Source: Terrimicrobiaceae bacterium
GTDB lineage: Bacteria; Verrucomicrobiota; Verrucomicrobiia; Chthoniobacterales; Terrimicrobiaceae
NCBI GenBank assembly: GCA_041752695.1
Contig: JBGSVZ010000005.1
Location: forward strand, 43,126 to 107,125
DNA: 64,000 nucleotides
Direction of reading: 5' to 3'
The translations under genes were made by a program, and so were the position numbers. This document shows, one piece after another, positions 36,713-46,416 of the stretch (the first letter of the stretch is position 1; each line of letters starts with the position of its first letter). The notes under the pieces are model-generated. The model was not told the origin of the DNA, ran no database searches, and saw nothing but the letters and a program-made list of their open reading frames with translations.

Positions 36713-37828
36713 TCAGCCCAAGACTTCCTTCAGCGCTCCGAGGAGCGTGGCAATGGGCTGACGCGAGGCGTTGCCGCCCATCAGGCCGATGCGCCAGATT
36801 TTTCCCGCCAGCGGGCCGAGTCCTCCGCCGACTTCGATACGGTAGTCGGTGAGAAGTTTCGCCCGGACGCCTGCTTCATCAAATCCTTCGGGGAGTCGCA
36901 GCGTGGTGAGCGGATGGAGGCGGTGGGGTTCATCGACCAGTGGTTCGAAGCCCAGGGGGCGGAGTTCGGCGATGAGGTGTTGGGCGGCGTCGTGGTGGCG
37001 TTTCCAGCGTGCCGGGAGGCCTTCTTCCAGGACCTCGGCTAGCGCCTGGTGCAGGGCAAAGACCATGCTCACTGGGGCGGTGTGGTGATAAGCCCGGGCG
37101 GCGGTGCCATTGCCGACGTATTTGAGGATTTCGTTCAGATCGAGGTAGAAGCTGGGCACGGGAGTCGTGCGTTTGGCGTGACGTTCCAAGGCGCGCGCGC
37201 TCACGGTCACGGGCGAAAGTCCGGGCGGGCAGGCGAGGCATTTTTGCGTGCCGGAATACGCGAGATCCACACCCCACGCGTCGAGGTGGACGGGCATGCC
37301 GGCGAGTGACGTGACACAGTCGGCCAGGAGGAGGGCGTTGTGTTGGCGGGCGAGGTCGGAAAATCCGGTGAAATCCTGATACACTCCGGTCGAGGTCTCG
37401 CCGCTGACGAGGCAGATGATGTCGGGCCGGAACGTTTCTGCGGCGGCGGTCATGCGCTCCAACGTGGCGGGTGTGCCCCAGGCGAATTCTTCGCGATGCA
37501 CCGTGCCGCCGATTTTTTCGGAGACGTTGGCAATGCGGCCGCCGAAGACCCCGTTGACGGCCACCAGCACGCGGGTGCCGGGTTCGACGAAGTTCACCAT
37601 CAGAAAATCCATGCCCGCACTGCCAGTGCCGGAGACAGGAAAGGTGACTTCGTTTTTGGTATCAAAGATCTCGCGCAGCATCCCCTTGCACTCATCCATG
37701 ATGGCAATGAATTCCTTGTCCATATGCCCGAGGAGGGGAAGCGCCATCGCGCCGCGCACGCGGGCAGAGACGTTGCAGGGGCCGGGGCCGAGGAGGAGTT
37801 TTTCGGTGGGAAAGAGTGGTGTGGGCAT
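36713..37828 (-). CDS. Class V aminotransferase (alanine-glyoxylate/PucG-type ureidoglycine transaminase)
   Basis: LLGPGP, ETSTG, SGTQKCLACPPG, YHHTAP and WRIGLMG; lies next to uricase. Confidence 0.88.
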   Translation of the reverse strand: MPTPLFPTEKLLLGPGPCNVSARVRGAMALPLLGHMDKEFIAIMDECKGMLREIFDTKNEVTFPVSGTGSAGMDFLMVNFVEPGTRVLVAVNGVFGGRIANVSEKIGGTVHREEFAWGTPATLERMTAAAETFRPDIICLVSGETSTGVYQDFTGFSDLARQHNALLLADCVTSLAGMPVHLDAWGVDLAYSGTQKCLACPPGLSPVTVSARALERHAKRTTPVPSFYLDLNEILKYVGNGTAARAYHHTAPVSMVFALHQALAEVLEEGLPARWKRHHDAAQHLIAELRPLGFEPLVDEPHRLHPLTTLRLPEGFDEAGVRAKLLTDYRIEVGGGLGPLAGKIWRIGLMGGNASRQPIATLLGALKEVLG

Positions 37829-37870
37829 GGGGATCGGAGATCGGAGATGGAAGTTCGGAGATGGGGAGGG
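37829..37870. repeat. GGAGATC-type heptamer tandem repeat
   Basis: ggggatc ggagatc ggagatg gaagttc ggagatg gggaggg fills the intergenic spacer. Confidence 0.75.
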
Positions 37871-37872
37871 GA

Positions 37873-38709
37873 CTATCGGCCGACAACGGCTTCGATGTAG
37901 CCGAACGGATCGTCGGTTGGCAGGAAGACTTTCTTTTGTCCGGCGGGGCGGCCGATCTTGGTGAGGTCGAGGTTGAGGTAATGTTTATTTGGCATCGTGA
38001 GTTTGATGCGCGACAGGCTCGGCGCCGCGGCCAGTGCGGCTTCGCCCATGAGGAAAAGCGTGCGTTGCACAGAGGGGCTGTAGGTTTCCGAAAAGACGCG
38101 GAGCATGGCGTCCATCAGTACGTCATCGACATCGGCGGTGGAGTCGGCGAATTCCCATTCCGCATTCAGGCTGGTGGCGAGGATGCGGTCGGTGGTTTCC
38201 GGCAGGGTGGTCAGATCGCATTTCGGATAACCGACAAACCCGGACTCCGTGGTTTTCATAATGACAAAACCGCGAATGCCCGAAGAACGGCGCACCGTGC
38301 CGTCCCGTTCCACCCGGGCCTTGCTGAAGGGTTTGCCATTGGTGTCGCGCAGGAAACAATGGTCGTGAGCTTGGCCGCCCGGGGCCATGCGAGTCCAGAG
38401 GGATTCGGTGACTTCGGCTTCGCAGGCGGTGAGGTGGGGGTATTTCGCGAGAAAATGGCTGGCGAGGGCGAGGGCAAAGCCGTCACGGGTGGCGTCTTCA
38501 AGGTCGTGCGCAAGTGCCAGGACAGTGTTTTTCACGGTGTCGGTAGGCACAACGCTGGAGTTGTCGTCGCCGAGGTAAGATCCGGCAAGGTCACCTTCGA
38601 GGAGCACGTTGGCCTCCCATTCGGCAACCTCGTGCAAAGTTTCGTGACGTTTTACGCGCAGCAAACGCACCGCGTGTTTTCCGTAATGATTAAATTCCAG
38701 ACGGCTCAT
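37873..38709 (-). CDS. pucL: Cofactor-independent urate oxidase (uricase)
   Basis: YGK, PTDTVKNT, KTTESGF, SPSVQ, PNKHY and PFGYIEA. Confidence 0.95.
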   Translation of the reverse strand: MSRLEFNHYGKHAVRLLRVKRHETLHEVAEWEANVLLEGDLAGSYLGDDNSSVVPTDTVKNTVLALAHDLEDATRDGFALALASHFLAKYPHLTACEAEVTESLWTRMAPGGQAHDHCFLRDTNGKPFSKARVERDGTVRRSSGIRGFVIMKTTESGFVGYPKCDLTTLPETTDRILATSLNAEWEFADSTADVDDVLMDAMLRVFSETYSPSVQRTLFLMGEAALAAAPSLSRIKLTMPNKHYLNLDLTKIGRPAGQKKVFLPTDDPFGYIEAVVGR

Positions 38710-38775
38710 TTCATTTTCCCTGTGTCAAAGCGCTGGACAAAGGCGTCCCGATTGACGCATGACGATGCACCGGGA

Positions 38776-39306
38776 ATGTCAGCCATCACCAGCAGAAAAT
38801 GCACTCTGGCGGAATTGAACGCCTGCTCCGCCGCGGAGTTTGCCATGCGGGTGGGCGGAATTTTTGAACACTCTCCGTGGATTGCAGAGGCGGCTGCCGG
38901 GAAGCGTCCGTTTGCCGATGCGGACACCCTCCTCGCCGCCATGCTGGAAATCGTCGCGACATCCGGCCCCGACAAAAAACTCGCCCTCATCCAGGCACAC
39001 CCGGATCTCGCCGGTCGCCTTGCGCAGCAGGGTCAACTCACGGCGGAGTCCTCGCGGGAACAGGAAGCGGCCGGGCTCACCCGCGCGGACGCCGACGTAG
39101 TGGAACGAATTCACTCGCTCAACACCGCCTATCGCGAGCGGTTTGGATTTCCTTTCATTATTTGTGCCCGGCTCAATGGCGTGGAGGCGATCGTTTCCGC
39201 CATGGAGGCCCGGCTCTCCCAGGACCGGGAGGCGGAGATTTCCACCGCAGTAGGCGAGATTGCCAAAATCGCGAGGTTGCGACTAATGGATTTGATCGAA
39301 GGATGA
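38776..39306 (+). CDS. uraD: OHCU decarboxylase
   Basis: FEHSPW, AHPDLAG, SSREQ, YRERFGFPFII and EIAKIARLRL. Confidence 0.93.
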   Translation: MSAITSRKCTLAELNACSAAEFAMRVGGIFEHSPWIAEAAAGKRPFADADTLLAAMLEIVATSGPDKKLALIQAHPDLAGRLAQQGQLTAESSREQEAAGLTRADADVVERIHSLNTAYRERFGFPFIICARLNGVEAIVSAMEARLSQDREAEISTAVGEIAKIARLRLMDLIEG

Positions 39307-40289
39307 AGACGCGCCCCCTCCTCTTTGTACTGTTTGGCATTCTGCCGCTCACGGCCCTTGTGGCGGAGGCCCAGGCCGGGTCCGTGCGAGAAGTCAAGCT
39401 CCTCACCGTGGGCAATAGTTTCGCGCAGGACTCCACGGCTTATCTGAAGGATTTCGCCGCTGCGGCCGGCCGCAAGCTTCTGCTGCGCGGGGCCAACCTG
39501 GCTGGTCACTCCCTGGAACAGCACGTGAAACGCCTGCAGGCTTACGAGGCGAATCCTGCTGATGGGGAGGGGCGCGGATACACCAATCCCCTAACGCGCA
39601 AAAGCAAGGACTGGAGCCTGCGCGAGGCCCTGGAGTCGGAGAAGTGGGATTTCGTCACCATCCAACAGGCAAGTCCGAAGAGTTTTCTCCCGGAAACGTA
39701 CGAGCCCTTCGCGGGAATTCTGGTGGCCTATATCAAAAAATACGCACCGACGGCGGAGATCCTCATTCACGAAACCTGGGCCTATCGCGAGGATCATGCC
39801 CTTTTTTCCAAGGGCGACGGGTTTACCCAAATGGGGATGTATGAAAAACTGCGCAGTGCTTATGAAGACCTCGCGCGGCGTTATGGACTTCGCGTGATTC
39901 CCGTGGGCGCGGCATTTCAGCGGGCCAGGGCGCGGGAGCGGTGGACGTTTGCGGGGCCGGATAAGGCCTTCGATTACCAGGCACCCGTGGCTGACACAAT
40001 CCCCCGACAATCCGGAAGTCTAAACGTCGGCTGGCTCTGGCGGAAAAACTCCCAGACCGGTCAGGTCGAATTTGTCCTGGACGCCATTCACGCAAATCGC
40101 GATGGCCGCTATCTGGGTGCCGCAGTTTTCTTTGAGGAAATTTTTCAAGAAAGCGTCGTGGGAAGCTCGTTCGTCCCGCCCGGGATGGATCCTGCCGATG
40201 CCAGGCTTCTGCGCGAGATCGCCCACGAGGTGGTGCAGGCGAGGGCCGGCGGTGCGGCGCCGTCCGCGAAACCTTCGGAGGCTTTGTAA
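39303..40289 (+). CDS. Exported SGNH-like protein (DUF4886-like)
   Basis: Signal peptide, [25 protein letters not shown] and DAIHAN..GRYL; ATGA overlap with uraD. Confidence 0.75.
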   Translation: MKTRPLLFVLFGILPLTALVAEAQAGSVREVKLLTVGNSFAQDSTAYLKDFAAAAGRKLLLRGANLAGHSLEQHVKRLQAYEANPADGEGRGYTNPLTRKSKDWSLREALESEKWDFVTIQQASPKSFLPETYEPFAGILVAYIKKYAPTAEILIHETWAYREDHALFSKGDGFTQMGMYEKLRSAYEDLARRYGLRVIPVGAAFQRARARERWTFAGPDKAFDYQAPVADTIPRQSGSLNVGWLWRKNSQTGQVEFVLDAIHANRDGRYLGAAVFFEEIFQESVVGSSFVPPGMDPADARLLREIAHEVVQARAGGAAPSAKPSEAL

Positions 40290-40297
40290 ATCATCCT

Positions 40298-40630
40298 ATG
40301 GCCGGAAAACTCACCACCCACGTCCTCGACACCGCGAAAGGCAGGCCCGGCGCGGGCATTATCGTTGAACTCCACCGGTGGGAGGCGGGAGCGGCAACGT
40401 GTTTGATCCGCACCGTGACCAATGCCGATGGACGCACCGATGCGCCACTGCTGGAGGGGGAGTCTTTGCAGGCCGGCCTTTACGAAATCACGTTTGCGGT
40501 CGGCGCCTATTTTCAGGACGGATTTCTGGAAACTGTCCCGGTGCGTTTTCGGATCGACGATCCCAGCAGGCATTACCACGTCCCGCTCCTTTGCTCGCCG
40601 TGGTCCTACAGCACTTACCGGGGAAGCTGA
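40298..40630 (+). CDS. uraH: 5-hydroxyisourate hydrolase
   Basis: [20 protein letters not shown] and C-terminal YRGS. Confidence 0.96.
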   Translation: MAGKLTTHVLDTAKGRPGAGIIVELHRWEAGAATCLIRTVTNADGRTDAPLLEGESLQAGLYEITFAVGAYFQDGFLETVPVRFRIDDPSRHYHVPLLCSPWSYSTYRGS

Positions 40631-40663
40631 TGCGGGGCTTTGATCCGGGAAGCGAATCGGTGC

Positions 40664-41908
40664 ATGACGACTTCGTATGACAAGGCCGCTGGAATGAGCG
40701 CATTGGAAAATCAGGCCGCTGCCTACCTGGAAGAACTGGGCGCCATTACGGATGAGCCGCCCGGGCTCACCCGGACGTTTCTTTCTCCTGCCCTGGACCG
40801 GGCCAGGCTCCAGTTGGCCGTCTGGATGAGTGATGCCGGGCTGCAGGTCTCGGAAGATCAGGCGGGAAATCTGATTGGTCGGTGGGATTGTGGAGATCCC
40901 TTGGCAGGCACGGTGGCCTGCGGGTCGCATCTCGACACCGTTCGGAACGCGGGCAAATACGACGGGGCGATGGGCGTGGTGGTCGCCCTGCTGGCGGTGG
41001 TGCAGATCGCGGAGCGCGGGATCCGCCTGCCTTATCATCTCGAATTGGTGGCATTTTCCGACGAAGAGGGAGTTCGTTTTCAGACCACCTACCTTGGCAG
41101 TCGGTATTACACCGGCCGATTGTCGGGTTCCGAGCTTGACGCACGTGACAGCGAGGGTGTCAGCGTCGGAGAGGCCATTGCTGCCCATCAGCCCCGCTTC
41201 TCCGCGCCGGTTCCGCGCCGGTTGCTGGGCTACGTGGAAGCCCACATCGAGCAGGGTCCCGTACTGGAAAAAGCCGGTCTGGCTCTGGGCGTGGTGACCT
41301 CCATCGCGGGCCAGACCCGGGCGCGGGTTTTCCTCGAAGGCAAATCCGGCCACGCGGGAACGACCCCCATGACGCTGCGGCGAGATGCCCTGGCGGGGGC
41401 GGCGGAATGTATTTCGCTGGCGGAAGAGCGGGCACGATCCTCCGATGGTCTGGTGGCCACGGTGGGAGAACTGCGGCTGGATTCCCCGGCCAGCAATGTG
41501 ATCCCCGGCCGGGTGGAGTTTACCCTCGATATCCGGGATGCGGAGAATGAGAAGCGGCTGCAGTTTTGCCAGGATCTTTTTGCGGAAATCGAAAAACGCA
41601 TGACGGCGCGCGAGCTGACTGTCCGCATCGAGAGTCCGCTGGTTGCTTCCCCAACCCCCTGTTCCCCGCGCCTCACCGAGGCCCTGGCCGCGGTGGTGGC
41701 AGGCGTGCAGGGGGCGTGTCCTCGTTTGGTGAGCGGTGCCGGCCATGATGCCGTCGCGCTGGCGGAGGTGACCGAGGTGGCGATGCTTTTTGTTCGCTGC
41801 CGGGATGGACTCAGCCATCATCCCGAGGAATCTGCCACATCCGCCGACATCGCTCTGGCCGTTGAGGTGCTGACCAATTTTTTATCCGATTTTCCTGATT
41901 ATGAATGA
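40664..41908 (+). CDS. allC: Allantoate amidohydrolase (start may be 40694)
   Basis: GSHLDTV, GKYDG, DEEGVRF, EAHIEQGP, GHAGTTPM, SGAGHDA and SHHPEE. Confidence 0.9.
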   Translation: MTTSYDKAAGMSALENQAAAYLEELGAITDEPPGLTRTFLSPALDRARLQLAVWMSDAGLQVSEDQAGNLIGRWDCGDPLAGTVACGSHLDTVRNAGKYDGAMGVVVALLAVVQIAERGIRLPYHLELVAFSDEEGVRFQTTYLGSRYYTGRLSGSELDARDSEGVSVGEAIAAHQPRFSAPVPRRLLGYVEAHIEQGPVLEKAGLALGVVTSIAGQTRARVFLEGKSGHAGTTPMTLRRDALAGAAECISLAEERARSSDGLVATVGELRLDSPASNVIPGRVEFTLDIRDAENEKRLQFCQDLFAEIEKRMTARELTVRIESPLVASPTPCSPRLTEALAAVVAGVQGACPRLVSGAGHDAVALAEVTEVAMLFVRCRDGLSHHPEESATSADIALAVEVLTNFLSDFPDYE

Positions 41909-43238
41909 TCTCCTGATTCGCAATGCCCTCGTCGTCGAAGGTGGCACAGTCAAAACCTCCGACGTGGCCGTGGAGGCCGGACGGATCGCGGCGGTTGGCC
42001 CCTCGCTTCCCGGCTCGGCCCGTCGGGAAATGGATGCGTCCGGTTTGCATCTTTTCCCGGGTTTTATTGATGCCCATGTCCATTTCAACGAGCCCGGCCG
42101 GGCGGATTGGGAAGGACTGGCTTCCGGGTCGGCTGCCCTGGCGGCGGGTGGGGGGACGGTTTTTTTCGACATGCCGCTCAACTCGGACCCTCCGGTGCTG
42201 GACCGCGGGCAGTTTGAAGCAAAACGGGGGATCGCGGCGCAAAAATCCCTTCTCGATTTTGCGCTTTGGGGAGGACTCTGCCCCGGGCACACGGATAAGA
42301 TTGATGAGATGGCCGAGGCGGGAGCTGTGGGATTTAAAGCCTTCCTTTGTCCGAGCGGGATCGAGGAGTTTCCGGCCAGCGACGCGGCCACCCTGCGCGA
42401 GGGGTTAAAGCGGGCCAAACGCTGGAAGTTGCCGGTGGCTGTGCATGCCGAGGATCCTGCCACGCTGGAAAAATTCGAGACCAAGGGCCGCACGATGCGG
42501 GATTTTCTCAACAGCCGGCCGAAGGCGGCGGAGGTCGAAGCCGTGCGGTGGGCGTGCGAAGCGGCGGGCGAAACCGGTGCCGCCCTGCACATCGTGCATG
42601 TCAGCTGCGCGGAGGCTCTGGAGGAAATCACCAAAGCCCAACAGGCTGGCGCGGACGTGACGGCGGAAGTTTGTTCGCACCACCTCCTTTTCAACGCAGC
42701 GGATGCCGAACGACTCGGCGCGCGGGCGAAATGTGCCCCGCCTCTACGAGAAGACGCAGACGTTTTTGCGCTTTGGAAAAGTCTTCTTTCCGGCGCCGTG
42801 GAAACCATCGGTTCTGATCACTCTCCCGCTCCGCCGGACCGCAAAACAGGCGAGGATTTTTTCACGATCTGGGGCGGCATTTCCGGGTGCCAACACGCCT
42901 TTCCCGCTTTGCTGGGCGCATTGAGCCGTCGGGCTCCGGACCGTCTGCCCGGGGCCTCGGACTGGCTGGCCCGCCACCCGGCCGAACGTTTCGGCCTTGG
43001 CCGCAAGGGACGGGTAGCGGCGGGATTTGATGCGGATCTCACTCTGGTAAAATTCGGGGAATTTCCGGTGATCAAACGCTCCGACCTACTCTATCGCCAT
43101 CCGACGAGTCTTTATGAAGGCTGCCGGCCGACGTGTCGGGTTCTGCATGTGTTCCGACGGGGCGCGGGCATCCTGCAAAACGGCACTCTCGTGCCCGGGC
43201 AGAATCCGGGCCGGTTTCTGCGCCCGGATCCCACCTGA
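41901..43238 (+). CDS. allB: Allantoinase
   Basis: DAHVHFNEPG, DMPLNS, VHAE, HIVHVS, KCAPPLR, SDHSP and WGGISG. Confidence 0.94.
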   Translation: MNDLLIRNALVVEGGTVKTSDVAVEAGRIAAVGPSLPGSARREMDASGLHLFPGFIDAHVHFNEPGRADWEGLASGSAALAAGGGTVFFDMPLNSDPPVLDRGQFEAKRGIAAQKSLLDFALWGGLCPGHTDKIDEMAEAGAVGFKAFLCPSGIEEFPASDAATLREGLKRAKRWKLPVAVHAEDPATLEKFETKGRTMRDFLNSRPKAAEVEAVRWACEAAGETGAALHIVHVSCAEALEEITKAQQAGADVTAEVCSHHLLFNAADAERLGARAKCAPPLREDADVFALWKSLLSGAVETIGSDHSPAPPDRKTGEDFFTIWGGISGCQHAFPALLGALSRRAPDRLPGASDWLARHPAERFGLGRKGRVAAGFDADLTLVKFGEFPVIKRSDLLYRHPTSLYEGCRPTCRVLHVFRRGAGILQNGTLVPGQNPGRFLRPDPT

Positions 43239-43348
43239 GGGCTCCGGGCGGGTACGATTTTTTCCCTCGCTGGGCATGACATCCCCCAAATGCGTGTATA
43301 GTGGCGAATGGTTGTGAATCGTATCTTCCGTGACAGGAGCCGTTCTTC

Positions 43349-44308
43349 GTGACGGAAAAAAGCGTTCCGACCTTCCGTCAGCGGCTGGAATATTTCGGCC
43401 TCTGGTGCGGCGCGCAGGCGGTGCAGCGGCTCCCGTTTTACTCGCTCCGGTACTTTGCCAACCTGCTGGGGCTGGCGGCTTATTTTCTGGATGGCCGCGG
43501 ACGTCGTGTGGCGGAGGCAAATCTCACCTCGGCACTGGGCGAATTCCCGCCGGAGCGGAAAAATCAGATCATTCGTCAGAGCTATCAAGGTTTTGCCCGC
43601 ACCATGCTGGAATTGATCTGGGCGCCCAACCTCACCCCGGAGGTTTTGAAAAAATATGCGCGAGTCGAAGGCCTGGACGCGGACCCGGCTGTATCCGATC
43701 AGGCCACCATCTATTTCTGCCTGCACGCGTCCAATTTTGAATGGCTCAGCCTTGCCTTGAGCTACGCGGTCGGGCCGGGGATCGTTATCACGCAGAATTT
43801 TAAAAACCCCCTCCTCGGGCGGTTGTTCGATCGATTCCGCAGCAGCACCGGGCACACCATCATTCCGCAGGAACGGGCGATGATCCGTATGCTCAAACAT
43901 CTGCAGGCGGGCGGCTATTTTAACATGGTCGTCGATCTCAATCTCGACCCCCGGGAATCCAGCGTGATCATTGACCAGTTCGACGGATTGAAGGCCTGCG
44001 TCACGCAAATGCACTCGGCTCTGGCCCTCCGGGTGAATGCGCGCATCGTGCCCGCGGAATGCCAGCCGCAGCAGGACGGCACCTACCGGCTGATTTATCA
44101 TCAACCGATTTTGTTTTCCCGGGAGAACAGCCCGGATGAAATCGCGCAGCAGTGTTGGGACGTCCTTGAGCCGGGGATTCGTCGCCACCCCGAATATTGG
44201 CTGTGGTCCTATAAACACTGGCGCTTCAGGCCGGACAATTCCACGGAAGACCGGTATCCGTTTTACGCGAACCGGGCCGGGCGATTCGACAAGAAGCTCG
44301 CGGCGTAA
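43349..44308 (+). CDS. Lipid A late acyltransferase (LpxL/HtrB family)
   Basis: HASNFEW, and IRRHPEYWLWSYKHWR near the C-terminus. Confidence 0.85.
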   Translation: MTEKSVPTFRQRLEYFGLWCGAQAVQRLPFYSLRYFANLLGLAAYFLDGRGRRVAEANLTSALGEFPPERKNQIIRQSYQGFARTMLELIWAPNLTPEVLKKYARVEGLDADPAVSDQATIYFCLHASNFEWLSLALSYAVGPGIVITQNFKNPLLGRLFDRFRSSTGHTIIPQERAMIRMLKHLQAGGYFNMVVDLNLDPRESSVIIDQFDGLKACVTQMHSALALRVNARIVPAECQPQQDGTYRLIYHQPILFSRENSPDEIAQQCWDVLEPGIRRHPEYWLWSYKHWRFRPDNSTEDRYPFYANRAGRFDKKLAA

Positions 44309-44320
44309 GGGAGGGGCTGC

Positions 44321-44376
44321 TGGAGTCCAGCCTTTAGGCTGTCGAAACCAAAGAACAGGCTGAAGCCTGGACTCCA
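44321..44376. repeat. TGGAG-type REP doublet
   Basis: TGGAGTCCAGCCTTTAGGCTG ... CAGGCTGAAGCCTGGACTCCA: two inverted copies, each with its own hairpin. Confidence 0.75.
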
Positions 44377-44425
44377 ACGCTCGACAGGCTTGACCTGCGC
44401 TCGGCCCAGCAGGATCGTTGACTTT

Positions 44426-44779
44426 ATGAAAAAAAGCGCCGTCCGTCCGCGCATCCGCGTTTACCAAGGCGGCGAGGTGGCGCTGGGTCCGGGCAAAGTC
44501 GAACTGCTCGGTCATGTGGCGGAATCCGGGAGCCTGAGTGAGGCCGCCCGGCGGATGAAGATGTCGTACATGAAGGCCTGGCTGCTGGTACAGCTCATGA
44601 ACAAAAGTTTTCGCAAACCACTGATCAAGGCCGGCCGCGGCGGCAGCGGGGGAGGGGGCGCGGAACTGACCGAGGCCGGACGCAAGGTGCTGGCGTTGTA
44701 TCAGGACATGGAAACAGCAGCTCTCGCGGCCATGGAGGAACCCTGGGAAAAATTGCGCCGGTTGCTGAAAGCGGATTGA
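44426..44779 (+). CDS. modE: ModE-like winged-helix regulator (DNA-binding domain only)
   Basis: LGPGKVELL, GSLSEAARRMKMSYMKAW and GGSGGGGAELT. Confidence 0.9.
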   Translation: MKKSAVRPRIRVYQGGEVALGPGKVELLGHVAESGSLSEAARRMKMSYMKAWLLVQLMNKSFRKPLIKAGRGGSGGGGAELTEAGRKVLALYQDMETAALAAMEEPWEKLRRLLKAD

Positions 44780-44800
44780 TCGGATGTCTTTTTGGGCTTT

Positions 44801-44826
44801 TCGATATATGGAATCCGATATAACGA
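44801..44826. promoter_or_regulatory. ModE box
   Basis: TCGATATAT-N8-ATATAACGA matches the CGNTATAT-N8-ATATANCG ModE operator and ends 6 bp before the modA ATG. Confidence 0.85.
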
Positions 44827-44832
44827 GGACGG

Positions 44833-45588
44833 ATGTTTCGGTTTGCTCTCGCGACCATTTTTGCCTGTCAGTTCCTGCCCTTGAGGGCGGAATCGCTTTC
44901 CATCGCGGCCGCCTCTGATTTGGTGTATTGCCTCGACGAATTGCATGCGGCTTTCCGGAAAGCCCATCCGGACGTTGACTTGAAGTCCACGACCGGGGCC
45001 TCCGGAAATCTTTTTGCCCAGATTCAGAATGGCGCACCGTTTGACGTTTTTCTTTCGGCTGATCTGACGTATCCTCGGGCACTGATCAAAGCCGGACTCG
45101 CGGATGAAAACTCTCTGACGGTTTACGCCATCGGTCATCTGGTCGTCTGGACGAACAAGGCGACCGTCGATGTTTCTGCCGGGCTCTCCGCCCTTGCGGG
45201 GGAGGGGATCCAAAGAATTGCCATCGCCAATCCCGAACACGCCCCGTATGGCCGGGCCGCCCGGGCGGCCCTCGAACAGGGGAAGTTTTGGGAGAGCCTT
45301 CAAGGCAAACTCGTCTTTGGGGAGAACATCGCGCAGACTGCGCAGTTCGTGGAAACGGGCAACGCGGATGCTGGCATTGTGGCGCTCTCCCTCGTGTTGT
45401 CCCCGCGTCTGAGCAAAGTCGGTCGCTGGACGGAGGTACCCGTGGACGCCTATCCCAAACTGGAGCAGGCGGCGATTGTCACGAAACGCGGGGCCTCCAA
45501 TCCCCGGGCAGCGACGTACCGGGAATTTCTGCGTTCCCCCGAGGCACGGAAGGTTTTTGACCGTTATGGTTTCCGCGTTTCGGAATGA
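44833..45588 (+). CDS. modA: Molybdate ABC transporter substrate-binding protein
   Basis: AAASDL, GASGNL.AQIQNGAPFDVFLSAD, ANPEHAPYG and GENIAQ. Confidence 0.95.
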   Translation: MFRFALATIFACQFLPLRAESLSIAAASDLVYCLDELHAAFRKAHPDVDLKSTTGASGNLFAQIQNGAPFDVFLSADLTYPRALIKAGLADENSLTVYAIGHLVVWTNKATVDVSAGLSALAGEGIQRIAIANPEHAPYGRAARAALEQGKFWESLQGKLVFGENIAQTAQFVETGNADAGIVALSLVLSPRLSKVGRWTEVPVDAYPKLEQAAIVTKRGASNPRAATYREFLRSPEARKVFDRYGFRVSE

Positions 45589-45615
45589 GATCGGCATGAC
45601 GAGCAAGGAGATCGC

Positions 45616-46302
45616 GTGACGTTCGGGCCCGAAATCTGGCAGGCGCTCTGGCTCACTTTCGAGCTGGCGGCGACGACGACCACGCTGCTGCTCATCCTCG
45701 GTCTGCCGCTCGCGCACTGGCTCAATACCAGCCGCTGGCGGGGCGTTGTTTTTGTGGAGACTCTGGTGACCCTGCCCATCGTTTTGCCGCCGACGGTCAT
45801 TGGCTTTTATCTGCTGGTATTTTTTGCGCCGCAACACCCCCTGGGCGGGGCCTGGATTGCGGTCGTCGGCGCGCCCCTGGCGTTCAGCTTTGCGGGATTG
45901 GTGGTGGGGTCGGTCCTCTACAGTCTGCCTTTTGCGGTGCAGCCCTTTCAGGTGGCGCTGAGGGCGGTATCGCCGACGCTGATTGAGGCCGCGCGCGTCT
46001 CGGGGGCCAATGGGTGGCAGATCTTCTGGCACATCACCTTGCCGCTGGCCCGTCGGGGCATTGGCGCGGGTGTGACCTTGAGCTTCGCCCACACCGTCGG
46101 TGAGTTTGGCGTGGTGCTGATGATTGGGGGCGCGATCCCGGGCGTCACCAAGGTTGCGTCGATTCTTCTGTATGACGAGGTCCAGAAGCTCGATTACGCC
46201 AGAGCCCATGGCATCGCTCTGATTTTGCTCGCGGCAGCTTTTGTGCTTCTCTTTGGAATCGGTCTACTCCAGCGAAATCGGGACGATTCCCATCCTGCGT
46301 AA
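45616..46302 (+). CDS. modB: Molybdate ABC transporter permease
   Basis: LPIVLPPTVIGFYLL, EAA loop and FAHTVGEFGVVLMIGG.IPG. Confidence 0.95.
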   Translation: MTFGPEIWQALWLTFELAATTTTLLLILGLPLAHWLNTSRWRGVVFVETLVTLPIVLPPTVIGFYLLVFFAPQHPLGGAWIAVVGAPLAFSFAGLVVGSVLYSLPFAVQPFQVALRAVSPTLIEAARVSGANGWQIFWHITLPLARRGIGAGVTLSFAHTVGEFGVVLMIGGAIPGVTKVASILLYDEVQKLDYARAHGIALILLAAAFVLLFGIGLLQRNRDDSHPA

Positions 46303-46416
46303 GGGCGGTTGGGGCGGAGGAAGCGGCGGTGGAATGCCTCGCAAGCCTCAAATATTTCGCTTTTTCCTTGCGGGGTTGGCAAAAGTTTCAGAGTTCAAAC
46401 ACGAGGTTACTCTTCG

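Noticed and set aside
37816..38775. Apparent 496-aa OHCU decarboxylase fusion
   Set aside because: The extension is antisense to uricase; the real start is 38776.
43112..45082. 656-aa minus-strand ORF
   Set aside because: Antisense to the acyltransferase, modE and modA; no motifs.
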